A stretch of DNA of 64,000 nt from an uncultured Dokdonia sp. (GTDB lineage: Bacteria > Bacteroidota > Bacteroidia > Flavobacteriales > Flavobacteriaceae): NCBI RefSeq assembly GCF_947492535.1, contig NZ_CANLNH010000008.1:120518-184517 (forward strand), given 5' to 3'. The notes below the pieces were generated by a model. That model made no database searches, was not told where the DNA came from, and saw only the letters and a list, made by a program, of their open reading frames with translations. Below, piece by piece: positions 47,275 to 58,500 of the stretch; the first letter of the stretch is position 1; the number at the start of each line of letters is the position of its first letter. Both the position numbers and the translations under genes were made by a program.

Positions 47275-48564
47275 TTAATTCAATACAACCTTTCCTTTTG
47301 CTGGCGGGGATAATACATCAGCAAGTAATGCTTCTTTATCTCCGTTATAGGTTTTGGTTATTGTGTTTCCGTTGCGTGTTAAGCCTTTAAAAACTCCTTG
47401 GTCTACGAGTTTCCAAAGCGCATATTTTGCTTTTCCATCTACTGTAAATAATCCAAAATGATTTTCTGACCCTCCACTGTTATGAGCATCTTTCCAAGGT
47501 TCGTCAAAGGCTTCAAAATAGAAGCAAGACATTCCATTTTCATTGGTCCAATTGCGCATATGCTCATAGTATAAGGCTTCTTTATATTCATCGGTTGCTT
47601 TAGAACCATTGGGTCCGTAGAGTCCATTGGAAGCACTTGCCCATCCAGTTTCTCCAATATGAATAGGTTTGCTTATTCCTAAGCTTTTCATATACCTAGC
47701 AACGCTGTCTTTTTGTGCAATGGCATAGTTTTTAGCACGTAGCATAGCCGCGTCTATTTTTTCTAAATGTGTTTGCTCATTTTCTTGGCCAAATACACCC
47801 CAAAATGTAGGGTTGTAATGCGTATCATGCATGGGGTAGGTATGCACTGAAAGATAATCTACAGCTGCCATCAGTTCTTCTAATGCTTTTACGTGATATT
47901 GGTTTTCACCACCTCCCCAAGAGGCAAAATTATCAGAACTCGTAATCCATAAATCTTTTGAAAGTGTTCCTTTGTTTTTAAGAGCTTGTAAATGCTGTAC
48001 CCATTTTAAAATAACATCAGGTTGTACATAATAGGAGGTCGCCCATTTTACCATAGCTTCATTCCCTACTGCAATTACTTTTACAATACCTGGATACTGT
48101 TGTGCAAGTGCTACTGCGCGATCAATTTCGGCAGCATTATCAGGACTTTCTATATCGTGATTTGGTTCTTGATCGGTCCAAGCATTTAGGCAATCTATCC
48201 ATGCACCTAGCATGACATACATCTCAAAATTAACATCTTCTTCTTTAAGTTCTTTAATGGCTTTTAGAATATTAGGTGCTTGCGCTAACTGAACATTATA
48301 GGTTCTAAGTATCTTAATATCCATGGCGTGAAGCAATTTCAAATCTTCTTTTAATTGCGGTATTGTAGGCTGACTATCACGAGAAGTCATGCGGTATCCA
48401 CCATAAGAGATGGCTACATAGTCTGGATTTCCTAATATATCTTTAGCAGTCACTTTTTTTACTATTTGTTCTTTGGGAGTTTCTGGGGCTTTCATAGATT
48501 CTTTACAAGACAAGACACCTAAAGCGAGTGATAATCCTACTAAGATGTGCTTTGTTATTTTCAT
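47275..48564 (-). CDS. GH17-family lipoprotein
   Basis: Lipobox VLSC; AVGNEA, IGETGWAS, FEAFDEPWK. Confidence 0.85.
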   Translation of the reverse strand: MKITKHILVGLSLALGVLSCKESMKAPETPKEQIVKKVTAKDILGNPDYVAISYGGYRMTSRDSQPTIPQLKEDLKLLHAMDIKILRTYNVQLAQAPNILKAIKELKEEDVNFEMYVMLGAWIDCLNAWTDQEPNHDIESPDNAAEIDRAVALAQQYPGIVKVIAVGNEAMVKWATSYYVQPDVILKWVQHLQALKNKGTLSKDLWITSSDNFASWGGGENQYHVKALEELMAAVDYLSVHTYPMHDTHYNPTFWGVFGQENEQTHLEKIDAAMLRAKNYAIAQKDSVARYMKSLGISKPIHIGETGWASASNGLYGPNGSKATDEYKEALYYEHMRNWTNENGMSCFYFEAFDEPWKDAHNSGGSENHFGLFTVDGKAKYALWKLVDQGVFKGLTRNGNTITKTYNGDKEALLADVLSPPAKGKVVLN

Positions 48565-48598
48565 GAGTCTTGTTTATTACTATTGTTTTTCTTTAGTG

Positions 48599-48618
48599 TA
48601 CGCTTTCGCGAAAGCGTA
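48599..48618. repeat. Perfect 20-bp palindrome, intergenic
   Basis: TACGCTTTCGCGAAAGCGTA. Confidence 0.95.
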
Positions 48619-48624
48619 TATATA

Positions 48625-51600
48625 TTATTTTAAATAGTCACTGGTGATTGAAACGTTGATTTGAACGATATCTCCAGTTCTATTAAATAGCTGCTGACTT
48701 ACTATTTCATCAAGGCTGAGTCCTTCAAAAATCTGTGATGTCCCTTTTTTAGAATGTACCTCTACACTCGATTTTTCAGAAATGGTATACATAACGGGCA
48801 CTTGACAATAGGTAAAGCACATCGCCTCTTTTGGAATAGTAATCGTTTGTTTATTTTGGTTTATATCTATGTAATCAAATGATTGTGGGGTCTTTAAAAA
48901 TTCTGATTTACGAAGCATGTCTGGACTAAATTGGAGTTTGCCTTCTCGTACAAAGACACCTAATTCTCCAAAACGACTTAGAATATCTTCTTTTACTTGT
49001 CCCGTCATTCCTGGTTGTTGCGCTCCTTTACCCGCAGGTGTATGCGAGTAGGGGTCTGTTGGAAATGCTCCATATAATTTAGGAGATTTATGAACACCAA
49101 TCCCTTCATTGATTTCATAATAGTGTTCTAACAATCGGCCAATAATAGCGTCACTTTCATTTTCTTTGATGGCTTTTAAACAACATTCTTGAACTGCCAG
49201 TAATAGTTTAGATACCATATGCCAGTAAATAGAACCAAGTCCTTCATAACCAAAAAAGGTACCTGATCTTCCTGTAAATGCCTTGTGATTAAATACCATT
49301 TCATAGGTGTCTAATATATGTTGGCGCTCTTTCGTGATAAGTGATTGATATGCTGGGCCTAATGTGTCTAAGGCTTCGTTGAGCATTTTGGCATTATTAA
49401 AGGTACCATTGAAATGGTAGTTCCCCTTGATATCCTTTTGTATGATTTGCGTATTGCCATCCGTAAGAAGTTGCTGTAATAATTGAGATGCAGTAACTGC
49501 TTTTTCAGGGATATTATTTTTATCTAAAAACTTTAATAACTCTTTATTTGGATAGAGGATATAACTGTATTGATCTTCTCTAAATAAAGCACTGTTTTTT
49601 AATGCATCTAGCACCGCTAGGTTTTCTTTAGAACTTAAATATCCTGAACTTAGCACGGCTACTTGTCCTTCTAACATTTCGTCTAAATAGCTTATAGAAA
49701 CTTCTTTATCGCCTTCTTGCGTCATTAAGTTATAGGCGTGATATAAGTTGTCTTCTCTTGTATTTGCATCAATAGTATGTTCTATATATGCTAGGGTAGT
49801 AGTAACAAAATCAGCAATGTTAGCCAAAGAAATGTCTTTCTTTTTTCCAGAAAAGGCATGTTGATATACGCGGGTTCTATAGGTGCTTGCAGGTGTTGCT
49901 AGACCATCTAAAATAGCTTTGCGTGCACTGTCAGATATAGCGCCGTTTAGTACATTTTTATGAGCGCTTAGTGTCAATGTAACACTATTATAAAATTCTA
50001 GTAACTCTTCAGATATTTGAGATTCTTTTACAGAAGCATTTGCTATAATCTCTCCAAAGAATGTAAGAAAACGTCTTAAGTAATACAGTGTTACCATAGA
50101 TACACCATTACCTACGAGTGCATTGTTTGCATCATTCCATTCCGGACGTTGTGTATTTAACCAGATTCCAGCTTCAGGAATAAAGTTAGAGACTTTAGCC
50201 AAGACCGTAGCCAGTATTTTTTCTATGAAATTTACAGTATAAATACGACCATTTGCATCTTGTATAAGTGCACCGTCTACACCCAAAGTAGCTCTTCTTT
50301 CGTTGATCTTATGATCAAGATCAAAGTCAAAATTTATAGTGTCTTTTGGGTTTTTTAAGATGTCTGAGTAGCTTTTAATTTTATAAGGAACATTTGCATA
50401 TACAAAGAGGTCTTTATCAAAATAACTAGCTAATTTCCCAGGAGTATGGTTTTCAATAATCTCTAAAAACTTCTGTAAATAGATAATTTGATGATCACCC
50501 CAGTACCCAATATACGCCCATGGATTGTCTTCTTCAATCACTTCCCAGTCAAATCCGCCTTTTGTAACTCGGTATGGGTTATATCCATCAAAAGTGGTTG
50601 CATTTAGAAATTTATGAATCATGCTCTCGATAAACTCAGGGTAGGAGAGGGCTAGTGCTTCCCAATTTTGGAAAATATCTCTCCAGTTTCCTTCGTAATC
50701 TAATACCTTAGAACCATCGATCTCGCTTCGTGTATTGATTGAAAATTTATTCCAAGGCCTACTTGGATCCCCATGCCTTCTACTAAACTTTAAGGGCATG
50801 TATTCTAAGCAAAGTCTTTTAAAATGAGGATCGTCACTTTGAGATGCGAGTTCCTTAAGATCTGAAAGTGTAAATAGATCAGGTAGTTTATTAATAGTCG
50901 CTTTCTCTTGTTTATAAACGGTTGTATTTGCTTTCGCTAAATAGTGCTCGAAATCCCATTTTTCTATTTGATAGTTTTTATCAAAAATGCCACCTCTCAT
51001 AATATTGAAAAGTGTATTTGCAAAATGCCGTGTATTTCGAAGTTCGTTAGCACTTAGCTGCATCGCATCAGATGCGCCTGCAAGTTCTAAAAGATGTGTT
51101 GTTCCTTTATCAATATCTTCTTGTACTAACTCCATAAGATTTGGAGTTGTTTGTATTTTTTCAGAGATCGCTGTGATGGAACTTATGGTATAGTTTACAT
51201 CAATAATGAGCATCCATTGTTTTTGCTGTTTACTACCTAATTCAAGGTCTGTAGTTACAAAATAAGCACCTCGCTCTGCTTTTACATCTGTTTCTTGATG
51301 AAGGGTGCCTCCGCGTCTAAATGTATCTAGTTGTAGTGATGATACTAGATATGTAGGTTGTTCAATCCCTAATGACCAAGCAATGTTACTTTTTAATGCT
51401 TCACTAGGTTCTGCTTTATCAACTATGGTGGCACTAAGTGCATACATACCTACACCAGAATCAGTGATAAGTTCATTGCGTTTATAGGCATCTACCAAAT
51501 TGCTACTCGCTTTTTGTAGATCTTCACCTACACTATATGGAATGATATTTTGTAGCCCGTCAAGTACGGTTACTTTGATAGGAGTATCAAGATCATTTAC

Positions 51601-52095
51601 CAAGGTCGATTTTTTGACAAAACCATAGGCATCACTAGTACTCCATTGGTATCTATAAGTCAGCCCTAAATCAGTATTATGTTCTTCAAAAACCACTTTA
51701 TTGCCATACTCATTTTTATACAAGTTTAGAGTGATTTTGTACACTCCTTTATATGTATTTGAAAAAGGCTCCCATAAATACGTTTTACCATCTTTATGAA
51801 CATGATACATTGTTTTGCTTCCTGTTACATTTGCAGATTCGGTAATTTTATCGTCTGTATAATAGGGAAATAATGCATTGTCAGAATCTTTTCTCCCAGC
51901 CGATAATCCTCCATTACTAGCAATAAACATCCAATGGTTTGAGTTGCTAATAAGACTCATAAAGAAGGGCCTCATTTGGTCACTATTAGATATTTTATAA
52001 TAGACTTCGTTATCTAATGTGATAAGTTCACCTTTAATTTCTTGATCATTAAAAGTGGCTTGTTTATTTCCTATGTAAATAGATTGTTCTGTCAT
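48625..52095 (-). CDS. Probable GH149 beta-1,3-glucan phosphorylase
   Basis: 1156 aa, no signal peptide; RRHGDPSRPWN, YEGNWRDIFQNWE, GYWGDHQ, PEWNDANNALVG, FPTDPYSHTP; GH16/17/30 context (recognised from memory, not searched). Confidence 0.75.
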   Translation of the reverse strand: MTEQSIYIGNKQATFNDQEIKGELITLDNEVYYKISNSDQMRPFFMSLISNSNHWMFIASNGGLSAGRKDSDNALFPYYTDDKITESANVTGSKTMYHVHKDGKTYLWEPFSNTYKGVYKITLNLYKNEYGNKVVFEEHNTDLGLTYRYQWSTSDAYGFVKKSTLVNDLDTPIKVTVLDGLQNIIPYSVGEDLQKASSNLVDAYKRNELITDSGVGMYALSATIVDKAEPSEALKSNIAWSLGIEQPTYLVSSLQLDTFRRGGTLHQETDVKAERGAYFVTTDLELGSKQQKQWMLIIDVNYTISSITAISEKIQTTPNLMELVQEDIDKGTTHLLELAGASDAMQLSANELRNTRHFANTLFNIMRGGIFDKNYQIEKWDFEHYLAKANTTVYKQEKATINKLPDLFTLSDLKELASQSDDPHFKRLCLEYMPLKFSRRHGDPSRPWNKFSINTRSEIDGSKVLDYEGNWRDIFQNWEALALSYPEFIESMIHKFLNATTFDGYNPYRVTKGGFDWEVIEEDNPWAYIGYWGDHQIIYLQKFLEIIENHTPGKLASYFDKDLFVYANVPYKIKSYSDILKNPKDTINFDFDLDHKINERRATLGVDGALIQDANGRIYTVNFIEKILATVLAKVSNFIPEAGIWLNTQRPEWNDANNALVGNGVSMVTLYYLRRFLTFFGEIIANASVKESQISEELLEFYNSVTLTLSAHKNVLNGAISDSARKAILDGLATPASTYRTRVYQHAFSGKKKDISLANIADFVTTTLAYIEHTIDANTREDNLYHAYNLMTQEGDKEVSISYLDEMLEGQVAVLSSGYLSSKENLAVLDALKNSALFREDQYSYILYPNKELLKFLDKNNIPEKAVTASQLLQQLLTDGNTQIIQKDIKGNYHFNGTFNNAKMLNEALDTLGPAYQSLITKERQHILDTYEMVFNHKAFTGRSGTFFGYEGLGSIYWHMVSKLLLAVQECCLKAIKENESDAIIGRLLEHYYEINEGIGVHKSPKLYGAFPTDPYSHTPAGKGAQQPGMTGQVKEDILSRFGELGVFVREGKLQFSPDMLRKSEFLKTPQSFDYIDINQNKQTITIPKEAMCFTYCQVPVMYTISEKSSVEVHSKKGTSQIFEGLSLDEIVSQQLFNRTGDIVQINVSITSDYLK

Positions 52096-52206
52096 TTGTC
52101 ATTTTTCATAATAATGGTCATATGTAGCGTCCATTATTAGTAATACATTTTATTTTACTTGATATATCAAATAAAACAATAGCTCAATTAGATTGTATAT
52201 TAATAT

Positions 52207-52245
52207 CTATAGCATCAAACTCGATATATTGTTTTGATGCTATAG
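52207..52245. terminator. Intergenic stem-loop between GH16 and GH149
   Basis: CTATAGCATCAAA ... TTTGATGCTATAG. Confidence 0.6.
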
Positions 52246-52272
52246 AGGATAGTCTCTTGTTATGCGTTTTGA

Positions 52273-53139
52273 TTAGTTTCCTATCTCATATATACGCACA
52301 TAGTCTACGATCATTTGTTGAGGTAGCGGTGTTGCATCTACAGGGAAACCAACAAAAGTTCCACCTACAGCAACATTTAATAACATAAAGAATGGTTGAT
52401 CATCAAAAACCCAGTCGGTTCCATTTGGAATATCGCTTTTGTTTATTCTATTAAAACGAACACCATCAATAAAGTAGTCTATAAAATCAGGGCTCCACTC
52501 AATAGCAAACTCATGAAATTCTGCATCAAAACGCTCATCAATAAGATCCAACTCGCCAGAGATAGCACCACCTCCAGAATATCCAGGACCGTGTATGCTA
52601 CCAATCGTTCTAAAAGGCTCTTGACCTCTCATTTCGGTGATATCTATTTCACCTACAAAGGGCCATGCAATCGTAGCTGGGTCATCATCTGGTTCGGTTT
52701 CAATATTACTCCCTAGCATCCAGAAAGCGGGCCATACACCACGACCTCCTGGCATTTGAATACGTGCTTCAAAACGACCATATTGCTGCTCTACTTTGTC
52801 TCTTGTATTTATTCTAGCAGATGTAAAAGCAGCTCCTTGAAAGTTTTCTCTGCGCGCAGTAATCACCATATTTCCTTCACCGTCTAGAGAAACATTTTCA
52901 GGACGGTCTGTGTAGTATTGTAGTTCTTGATTTCCCCATCCGTTATTACCAGTACCGATATCAAAATTCCAAAATTCGGTATTGATAGATGCACCAGCTT
53001 CTCCATCAAAGTCATCTTCAAAAACTAGGTTGAGATTAGTCAAACCGATCGTACTTCCTTCGTCTTCATTACAACTTAGCACAGCCATACAGATCAAGCT
53101 GTATGCGATGCCTTTTAAGATTACATTTTTTATTTTCAT
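52273..53139 (-). CDS. GH16 laminarinase-type lipoprotein
   Basis: WGNQELQYY, WPAFWMLG, EIDITE (ExDxxE); lipobox VLSC. Confidence 0.92.
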   Translation of the reverse strand: MKIKNVILKGIAYSLICMAVLSCNEDEGSTIGLTNLNLVFEDDFDGEAGASINTEFWNFDIGTGNNGWGNQELQYYTDRPENVSLDGEGNMVITARRENFQGAAFTSARINTRDKVEQQYGRFEARIQMPGGRGVWPAFWMLGSNIETEPDDDPATIAWPFVGEIDITEMRGQEPFRTIGSIHGPGYSGGGAISGELDLIDERFDAEFHEFAIEWSPDFIDYFIDGVRFNRINKSDIPNGTDWVFDDQPFFMLLNVAVGGTFVGFPVDATPLPQQMIVDYVRIYEIGN

Positions 53140-53202
53140 TTTTCTTTTTTTATGAGAAACAAAAGATATCGGATCAAGGAGTACTGTAGTACTGTTTCTG
53201 AG

Positions 53203-53222
53203 TACGCTTTCGCGAAAGCGTA
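53203..53222. repeat. Perfect 20-bp palindrome, intergenic
   Basis: TACGCTTTCGCGAAAGCGTA. Confidence 0.95.
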
Positions 53223-53267
53223 TATTGACACCATATCTTTTATCACATTATTTATAATTCCTTATTA

Positions 53268-54119
53268 TTAGTTTTGAACTAATGATACATTGTCTAATAC
53301 TAAGACACCGCCATCTGCTCCTAAATCAAATAACGCACGACTATTTGTACTACCCGAAGGAGGTGTAAGGGTAAGTGTATAGGTTTGTGTTTCTGAAGTA
53401 ATAGTGACAACTTCAGTGGCTGCTGCGAAATCACCTTCGTTAAGACCAATCCCTGCAATAATCGTTCTACTACCGTCTTCCATTGAAGTAGAAGCATCAA
53501 AACTTAGCGTATACGTTACGCCAGCTTCTAGAGTTACAGGGTGACTTAAGTTTACATCAAAAGGATTTCCAGAAACTTCATTATCTGAAAGATTGAAGCT
53601 GTTTCCACCATCTTCTTGTACATTAAACGCATTTCCAAACCAGGTAATCATTCCTTGTTCAAAATCTCCATTAGTGAGTAATTCAGTCTCTTCATTCATT
53701 GTTTCTTCTGTGGTGAGCACTACATTATCCAATACTAAAACACCACCATCTGATCCTAAATCAAATAATACACGACTATTTGTACTACCTGCAGGAGGTG
53801 TTAATGTAAGCGTATAGGTTTGTGTTTCTGAAGTAACGGTTACAATCTCAGTAGCTGAGGCGAAATCACCTTCATTAAGACCAATTCCTGCAATAATTGT
53901 TCTACTACCGTCTTCCATTGAAGTAGATGCATCAAAACTTAGTGTATAGGTTATGCCAGCTTCTAGTGCTACAGGATGGCTTAGGTTTACATCAAAAGGA
54001 TTTCCAGAAACTTCATTGTCAGATAAATTGAAGCTATTTCCTCCATCTTCTTGTACATTAAACGCATTTCCAAACCAGGTAACCATTCCTTGTTCAAAAT
54101 CTCCATTCTCAAGTAGATT
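53268..54119 (-). repeat. Two tandem CBM modules (435-nt period)
   Basis: Module starts at 54119 and 53684; near-identical to the modules at 62343-63617. Confidence 0.9.
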
Positions 54120-55544
54120 ATCTCCTTCATTTCCACCGCCACCGCCGCCATCGCCGTCGGTTAATTGGATGTCATCTATAAAGTATACAGAATCATCTCC
54201 TGCGGTTCCGTTATTATATATAAGTACCAGTCTGTTATAGTCTGTAGCAGTGTTTGTTGTTCCTGTATAATCAAAAGTAAGTTCTTGCCATTCATTGGCA
54301 ACAGTAGTGGTTGCTGTAGCTGCAACTTGAGATGCTTGTCCAATAGCACCGTCTTCAAACCCTAATAATACCGTAGTGCCTGCTGCTGGAGCAAATACGA
54401 GTGCCGAAACTTGTTCTGATTCTGAGAAATCTACAGAAACATCTAGATCCATAATTATCCCTGCAAAAGTTTCAGACCCTGTCACTTTTTGTGTACGTAA
54501 GACATTACCACTGTTATTTAACCCTCCTACTTGTGGATTTCCACTTACTGCCGAAGGAGCTCCTCCAAATTCTACAGGATTATACCCTAAAGTTGCAGAT
54601 TCAAAACCTAGCGGAAGCATGATTTCAGTATTTTCAGAATCATCTACATTGCCAGAAGCATCTACGTCCATCAGTGTGATAGACCCATTGGCATCAAGAC
54701 CATTTAGTGTAGCGCTTATCACAGAAGAACCATCATCGCTTAGTACAGATACGACTCCAAACTCATTTACAGTAGCAACAGATTCATTTGATGAGGTATA
54801 GTCAAAATAAGCAGCCGTTGTTGTAAGACTTTGTAAAATACCTGAAGGAAGGTTGTATGTTGCTGATGTTCCATCTATTGTAATAGTATTTCCTGCTGAT
54901 GCCCCTGTTACTTGATCTACTCCATTAAGGATTTCAGCACTTTCTTGAATAATTGTATTTAAATTTTCAAACTTTACTTCATCTATCCATAATTGGTATG
55001 AAGATCCGTCGTCTGCAGCTTCTGCTATCCAAAGCATCCCTCTTTCTTGTGTAAGTCTTGCTGAATTAGGAATAGGAATAAAATATTTTTGCCATGCAGT
55101 TCCTACTTGAATACCATTCACTTGTGTTCTGAAAACTTCTCCTTCAAAGGTTAATCCAAATCCTATTTGATTTATAGTTTCTCCTTTAGAAGCTCTTGCA
55201 TAAAAAGTTAACACATTATAATCGGTAAGATTTCTACCTACTCCTGTAGTAAATACACCTCCTGCAAAGCCACCTTCTGGATCACTTGTATTAGGGATGT
55301 CAAATCGCATAGCAGCGGTTCCTTCAAATGTAATATCTGTATCTACATCAAATGCAGTTACTTTAGAAGTACCAAAAGCCGCATATTGTAATCCTGCGCT
55401 AAACGTATCTATAAATACCTCTGCTATATCTGGAAAAGTTGCCTCTGGTAAGTTTTCATCATCTGGCTGACAGCTGTAACTAATAACTAAAAATAGCGCA
55501 GCTATGAAGTAGCTTAATTTTCTTGTTGTGAATATCTTGTTCAT
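53268..55544 (-). CDS. Surface glycan-binding lipoprotein (CBM-like, Ig-like Big_2, CBM-like, 2 x CBM4_9-like)
   Basis: Lipobox SYSC; YTSSNESVATVN Ig motif; two LL.NGDFEQG modules at the C-terminus. Confidence 0.8.
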   Translation of the reverse strand: MNKIFTTRKLSYFIAALFLVISYSCQPDDENLPEATFPDIAEVFIDTFSAGLQYAAFGTSKVTAFDVDTDITFEGTAAMRFDIPNTSDPEGGFAGGVFTTGVGRNLTDYNVLTFYARASKGETINQIGFGLTFEGEVFRTQVNGIQVGTAWQKYFIPIPNSARLTQERGMLWIAEAADDGSSYQLWIDEVKFENLNTIIQESAEILNGVDQVTGASAGNTITIDGTSATYNLPSGILQSLTTTAAYFDYTSSNESVATVNEFGVVSVLSDDGSSVISATLNGLDANGSITLMDVDASGNVDDSENTEIMLPLGFESATLGYNPVEFGGAPSAVSGNPQVGGLNNSGNVLRTQKVTGSETFAGIIMDLDVSVDFSESEQVSALVFAPAAGTTVLLGFEDGAIGQASQVAATATTTVANEWQELTFDYTGTTNTATDYNRLVLIYNNGTAGDDSVYFIDDIQLTDGDGGGGGGNEGDNLLENGDFEQGMVTWFGNAFNVQEDGGNSFNLSDNEVSGNPFDVNLSHPVALEAGITYTLSFDASTSMEDGSRTIIAGIGLNEGDFASATEIVTVTSETQTYTLTLTPPAGSTNSRVLFDLGSDGGVLVLDNVVLTTEETMNEETELLTNGDFEQGMITWFGNAFNVQEDGGNSFNLSDNEVSGNPFDVNLSHPVTLEAGVTYTLSFDASTSMEDGSRTIIAGIGLNEGDFAAATEVVTITSETQTYTLTLTPPSGSTNSRALFDLGADGGVLVLDNVSLVQN

Positions 55545-55550
55545 GACTTT

Positions 55551-58500
55551 TTATTTTCCAATGTTAATGTGTAAATATGTTCTAATCTCCCATTCATTTC
55601 CGTTAGGGAATCCCATATCGATAGGGTCTTGGAATTGAAATCTAGGTGAGAAATTATCTAAAGAACGCCAAGTATAACGTATACCAATGCGTGTATTAGG
55701 TAATATGAACCAATCTGGTTTTCCTACGGTAGTAGAAAGATCTACTTTAAATTGTAATGGGAATGTAAGGTTGAAATCTCTATGGAAATCAAAAGGTCCC
55801 CAATCATCTACTTTTACTTCAGTTATTAACTTAAGTTTGTTATAGATCACACGTACATCAGTACCATATCTATTAATAACTCTCTCATCGCTTCCGTTTG
55901 CTTGGCCATTGCCTCCAAAGAAGTTAGCAATAAGGCCAAAATCTGGATTGAATTTAGAAACAATTCTACCGTTTATTTCCCATAAGTCTTGTGCGGACGG
56001 CGCAGCTTCAAATGCAACAGGAACACGACTATTTCCAAAGAATCCAATAGCAGCATCTTGTGTTGTTGGAAGATGGCGATATACAAAACCTAAATTAGCT
56101 GCAAATGGTGCATCCTCAGCTCTGTCGTTATCCCATTCATAAAACCAAGATCCAGGTGTAGGATCATACGTTAATAAGATTTCACCTGCTGTTGTTCTTC
56201 TGTTTGATCTAACTACAAAAGGATCTGCAAGAATATTTCTGGCTCTGGCAGGTGCAGGAGATCCTATTGGAATAGGGTCTACTATAGGTTCTTGCCATAA
56301 GAAATTAGGTGCTATTTGAAGATTTCCTATTGTATATGTGAAACCTGTTAAGAAATTATATTGATTACCGCTTCCGCTGTCTTTAAGTCTCCAACCTGTG
56401 AATGTCTTAGTATAATCTGCGCCTCCGCCAGCGACAAGTCCTTGCGCAGCAGCTTGTGCATACCAGTTGAATTTACCTCCAGTATATTTAACTTTTAGTT
56501 TACCTCCCCAGTTATCATCAGAATCTATAGTGTTTACTAAAACATTTGTGTTTCCATTTTCATCATTCTGAACGATTTGATATTCTCTTCCATTTAAAGG
56601 TTGTCCTGCCCAAATACCCCCTAATTCTACATCAAACTTACCAAATTTACGTTGCGCATATCCTGTAAACCTTCGTGTTCTTGGTTGAGGAATTGCTCCA
56701 GATGTCACACCAGCCCCTCCTTGTTGTGCAATATCTTCGTGAAAAATTCCTGCAACTTTATATTTGCCAAATTGCTTTTCATATTTAACAAGCACAGCAG
56801 GATTGGCTCCCCACCATAGTTCTGGACCAAATGCTACTTTAAGTCCTTTAAATTCTTTTTTTCCTTCAAATTCAAAACCAAAAGGCGCTAAACCATTATA
56901 TAAGTCAATGTTTGGACCGTAGTTTGCTTCAGGATATAATCCAAAGAAATCACCTTCATATCCCCAGTGATAATGTCCTGTACGATAGAATCCTTTTACA
57001 TTTGCATATTTGGTGTTCCAATCAAATTCAGCTTGATATATCTGAACTCTATTATTATCGGTGATAGGTACAATTCCATTATCGGTTTCAACATTTACGG
57101 GACGGCCTCTATTTTCAAAGAAAATCTCATCAATAGGATTTCTAGCTACATTTCCTAAGATATTAGTAACAACGTTTGCTCTCAATCCTGGCATTGGACT
57201 TGCTTCAACTCCAATGTAATAAGATTCCATATTATCAAACCCTAGTTGATCAGGAAATGTATTTGCATTTGGATCTCTATCCTCTGGTGTTGTGATACGA
57301 TCACCTCCTGTATTAAATGTAGTAAACTCTGCTCTTAAAGAACTTATTTTTATTTTATTACCACCTGCAGTTCCTGAAGCTGCTTTATCACCACGAGCTC
57401 TTAATACAGCATCGATGATTTGAATATCATTAAAATGATTTTCAACTGTAGCTGCAGTAGTTCCTAATGTATATGGATTTAATTCATGAGCTTCTTTTAA
57501 CGCATAATATGCGGCTCTTGGATATAAAGTATAAAGGCCTTTTGCATTTGTAGGGCCTTTTGCACAGATACCAAACCACTCTTCATTCATATTATTTTCA
57601 CCCTCAACAAAATCTTTTTGATACCCACCATTAGGCCAAGAGGCATTGTTATCGTGAATATCTAGATTTGTAGTTTGTCCATATTTCCACCATCCGTCAC
57701 TAAATTGGAAGGTGAATCCTCCTATTGAATTTCCTGCTTTTCCAAGACCAGCAGCATTTGCATAGATATCTTTCCAATTTCCAACCATGTAATAAGCTTG
57801 AGCTTGTTGATCTTCTTGATTTTGAATAGCATTAAATGCATCTGATCCAAATTCAGTAAACATGATTGGTTTTCCGTACTCATTTTTTACTCTTTCAAAG
57901 GCGTCACCAAAAGAAATACCTCGATACATGTTTGTACCATAGATATCAATATCTTTACATTCTTGCGCGATAATATCTAAGAAGAGTAAATCTCCATTAC
58001 AAATAGCAACAGGTTGTGAAGTGATGATTTTTTTCATTTCAACTGTAGCTTCATTGAAGAGCTTATACATTGCTCTAGCTCTAGGTTTTGTTTTACTATC
58101 TTCTTCTGGAATATCTTCTGTTTCTGCTCCGTCCCAAAAAAGTCCATAGTTATTTTCATTACCTAATAGGAATAATAATATACCTGGAGTGTCCTTAAAT
58201 TCTCTAGCCATGGCAGCCGTTTCTTTAAGTAATATTTCTCTTACTCTGGGATCTGCATAATCTGTATTAGGTTCCCATGCTCCATCTATGGTTAGGCCAT
58301 AACGTCCAAACGAATGATTTATCATTGTATAAATACCATAATTCTCATAGATGTATTGTACCCATTTTGGTTTAACACCTACATATTGTCTTATAGTATT
58401 TACTCCCATATTCTTTAGGAGAGACATTTCTGCATCTAATGCTTCTTTAATAATATCATCAGATTGATTCCAAAATTGATAGGATGTCGTTGCTACGGTT

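Noticed and set aside
54133-54159. (CCG/CCA)n triplet run
   Set aside because: Encodes a Gly-rich interdomain linker with mixed codons; not a contingency repeat
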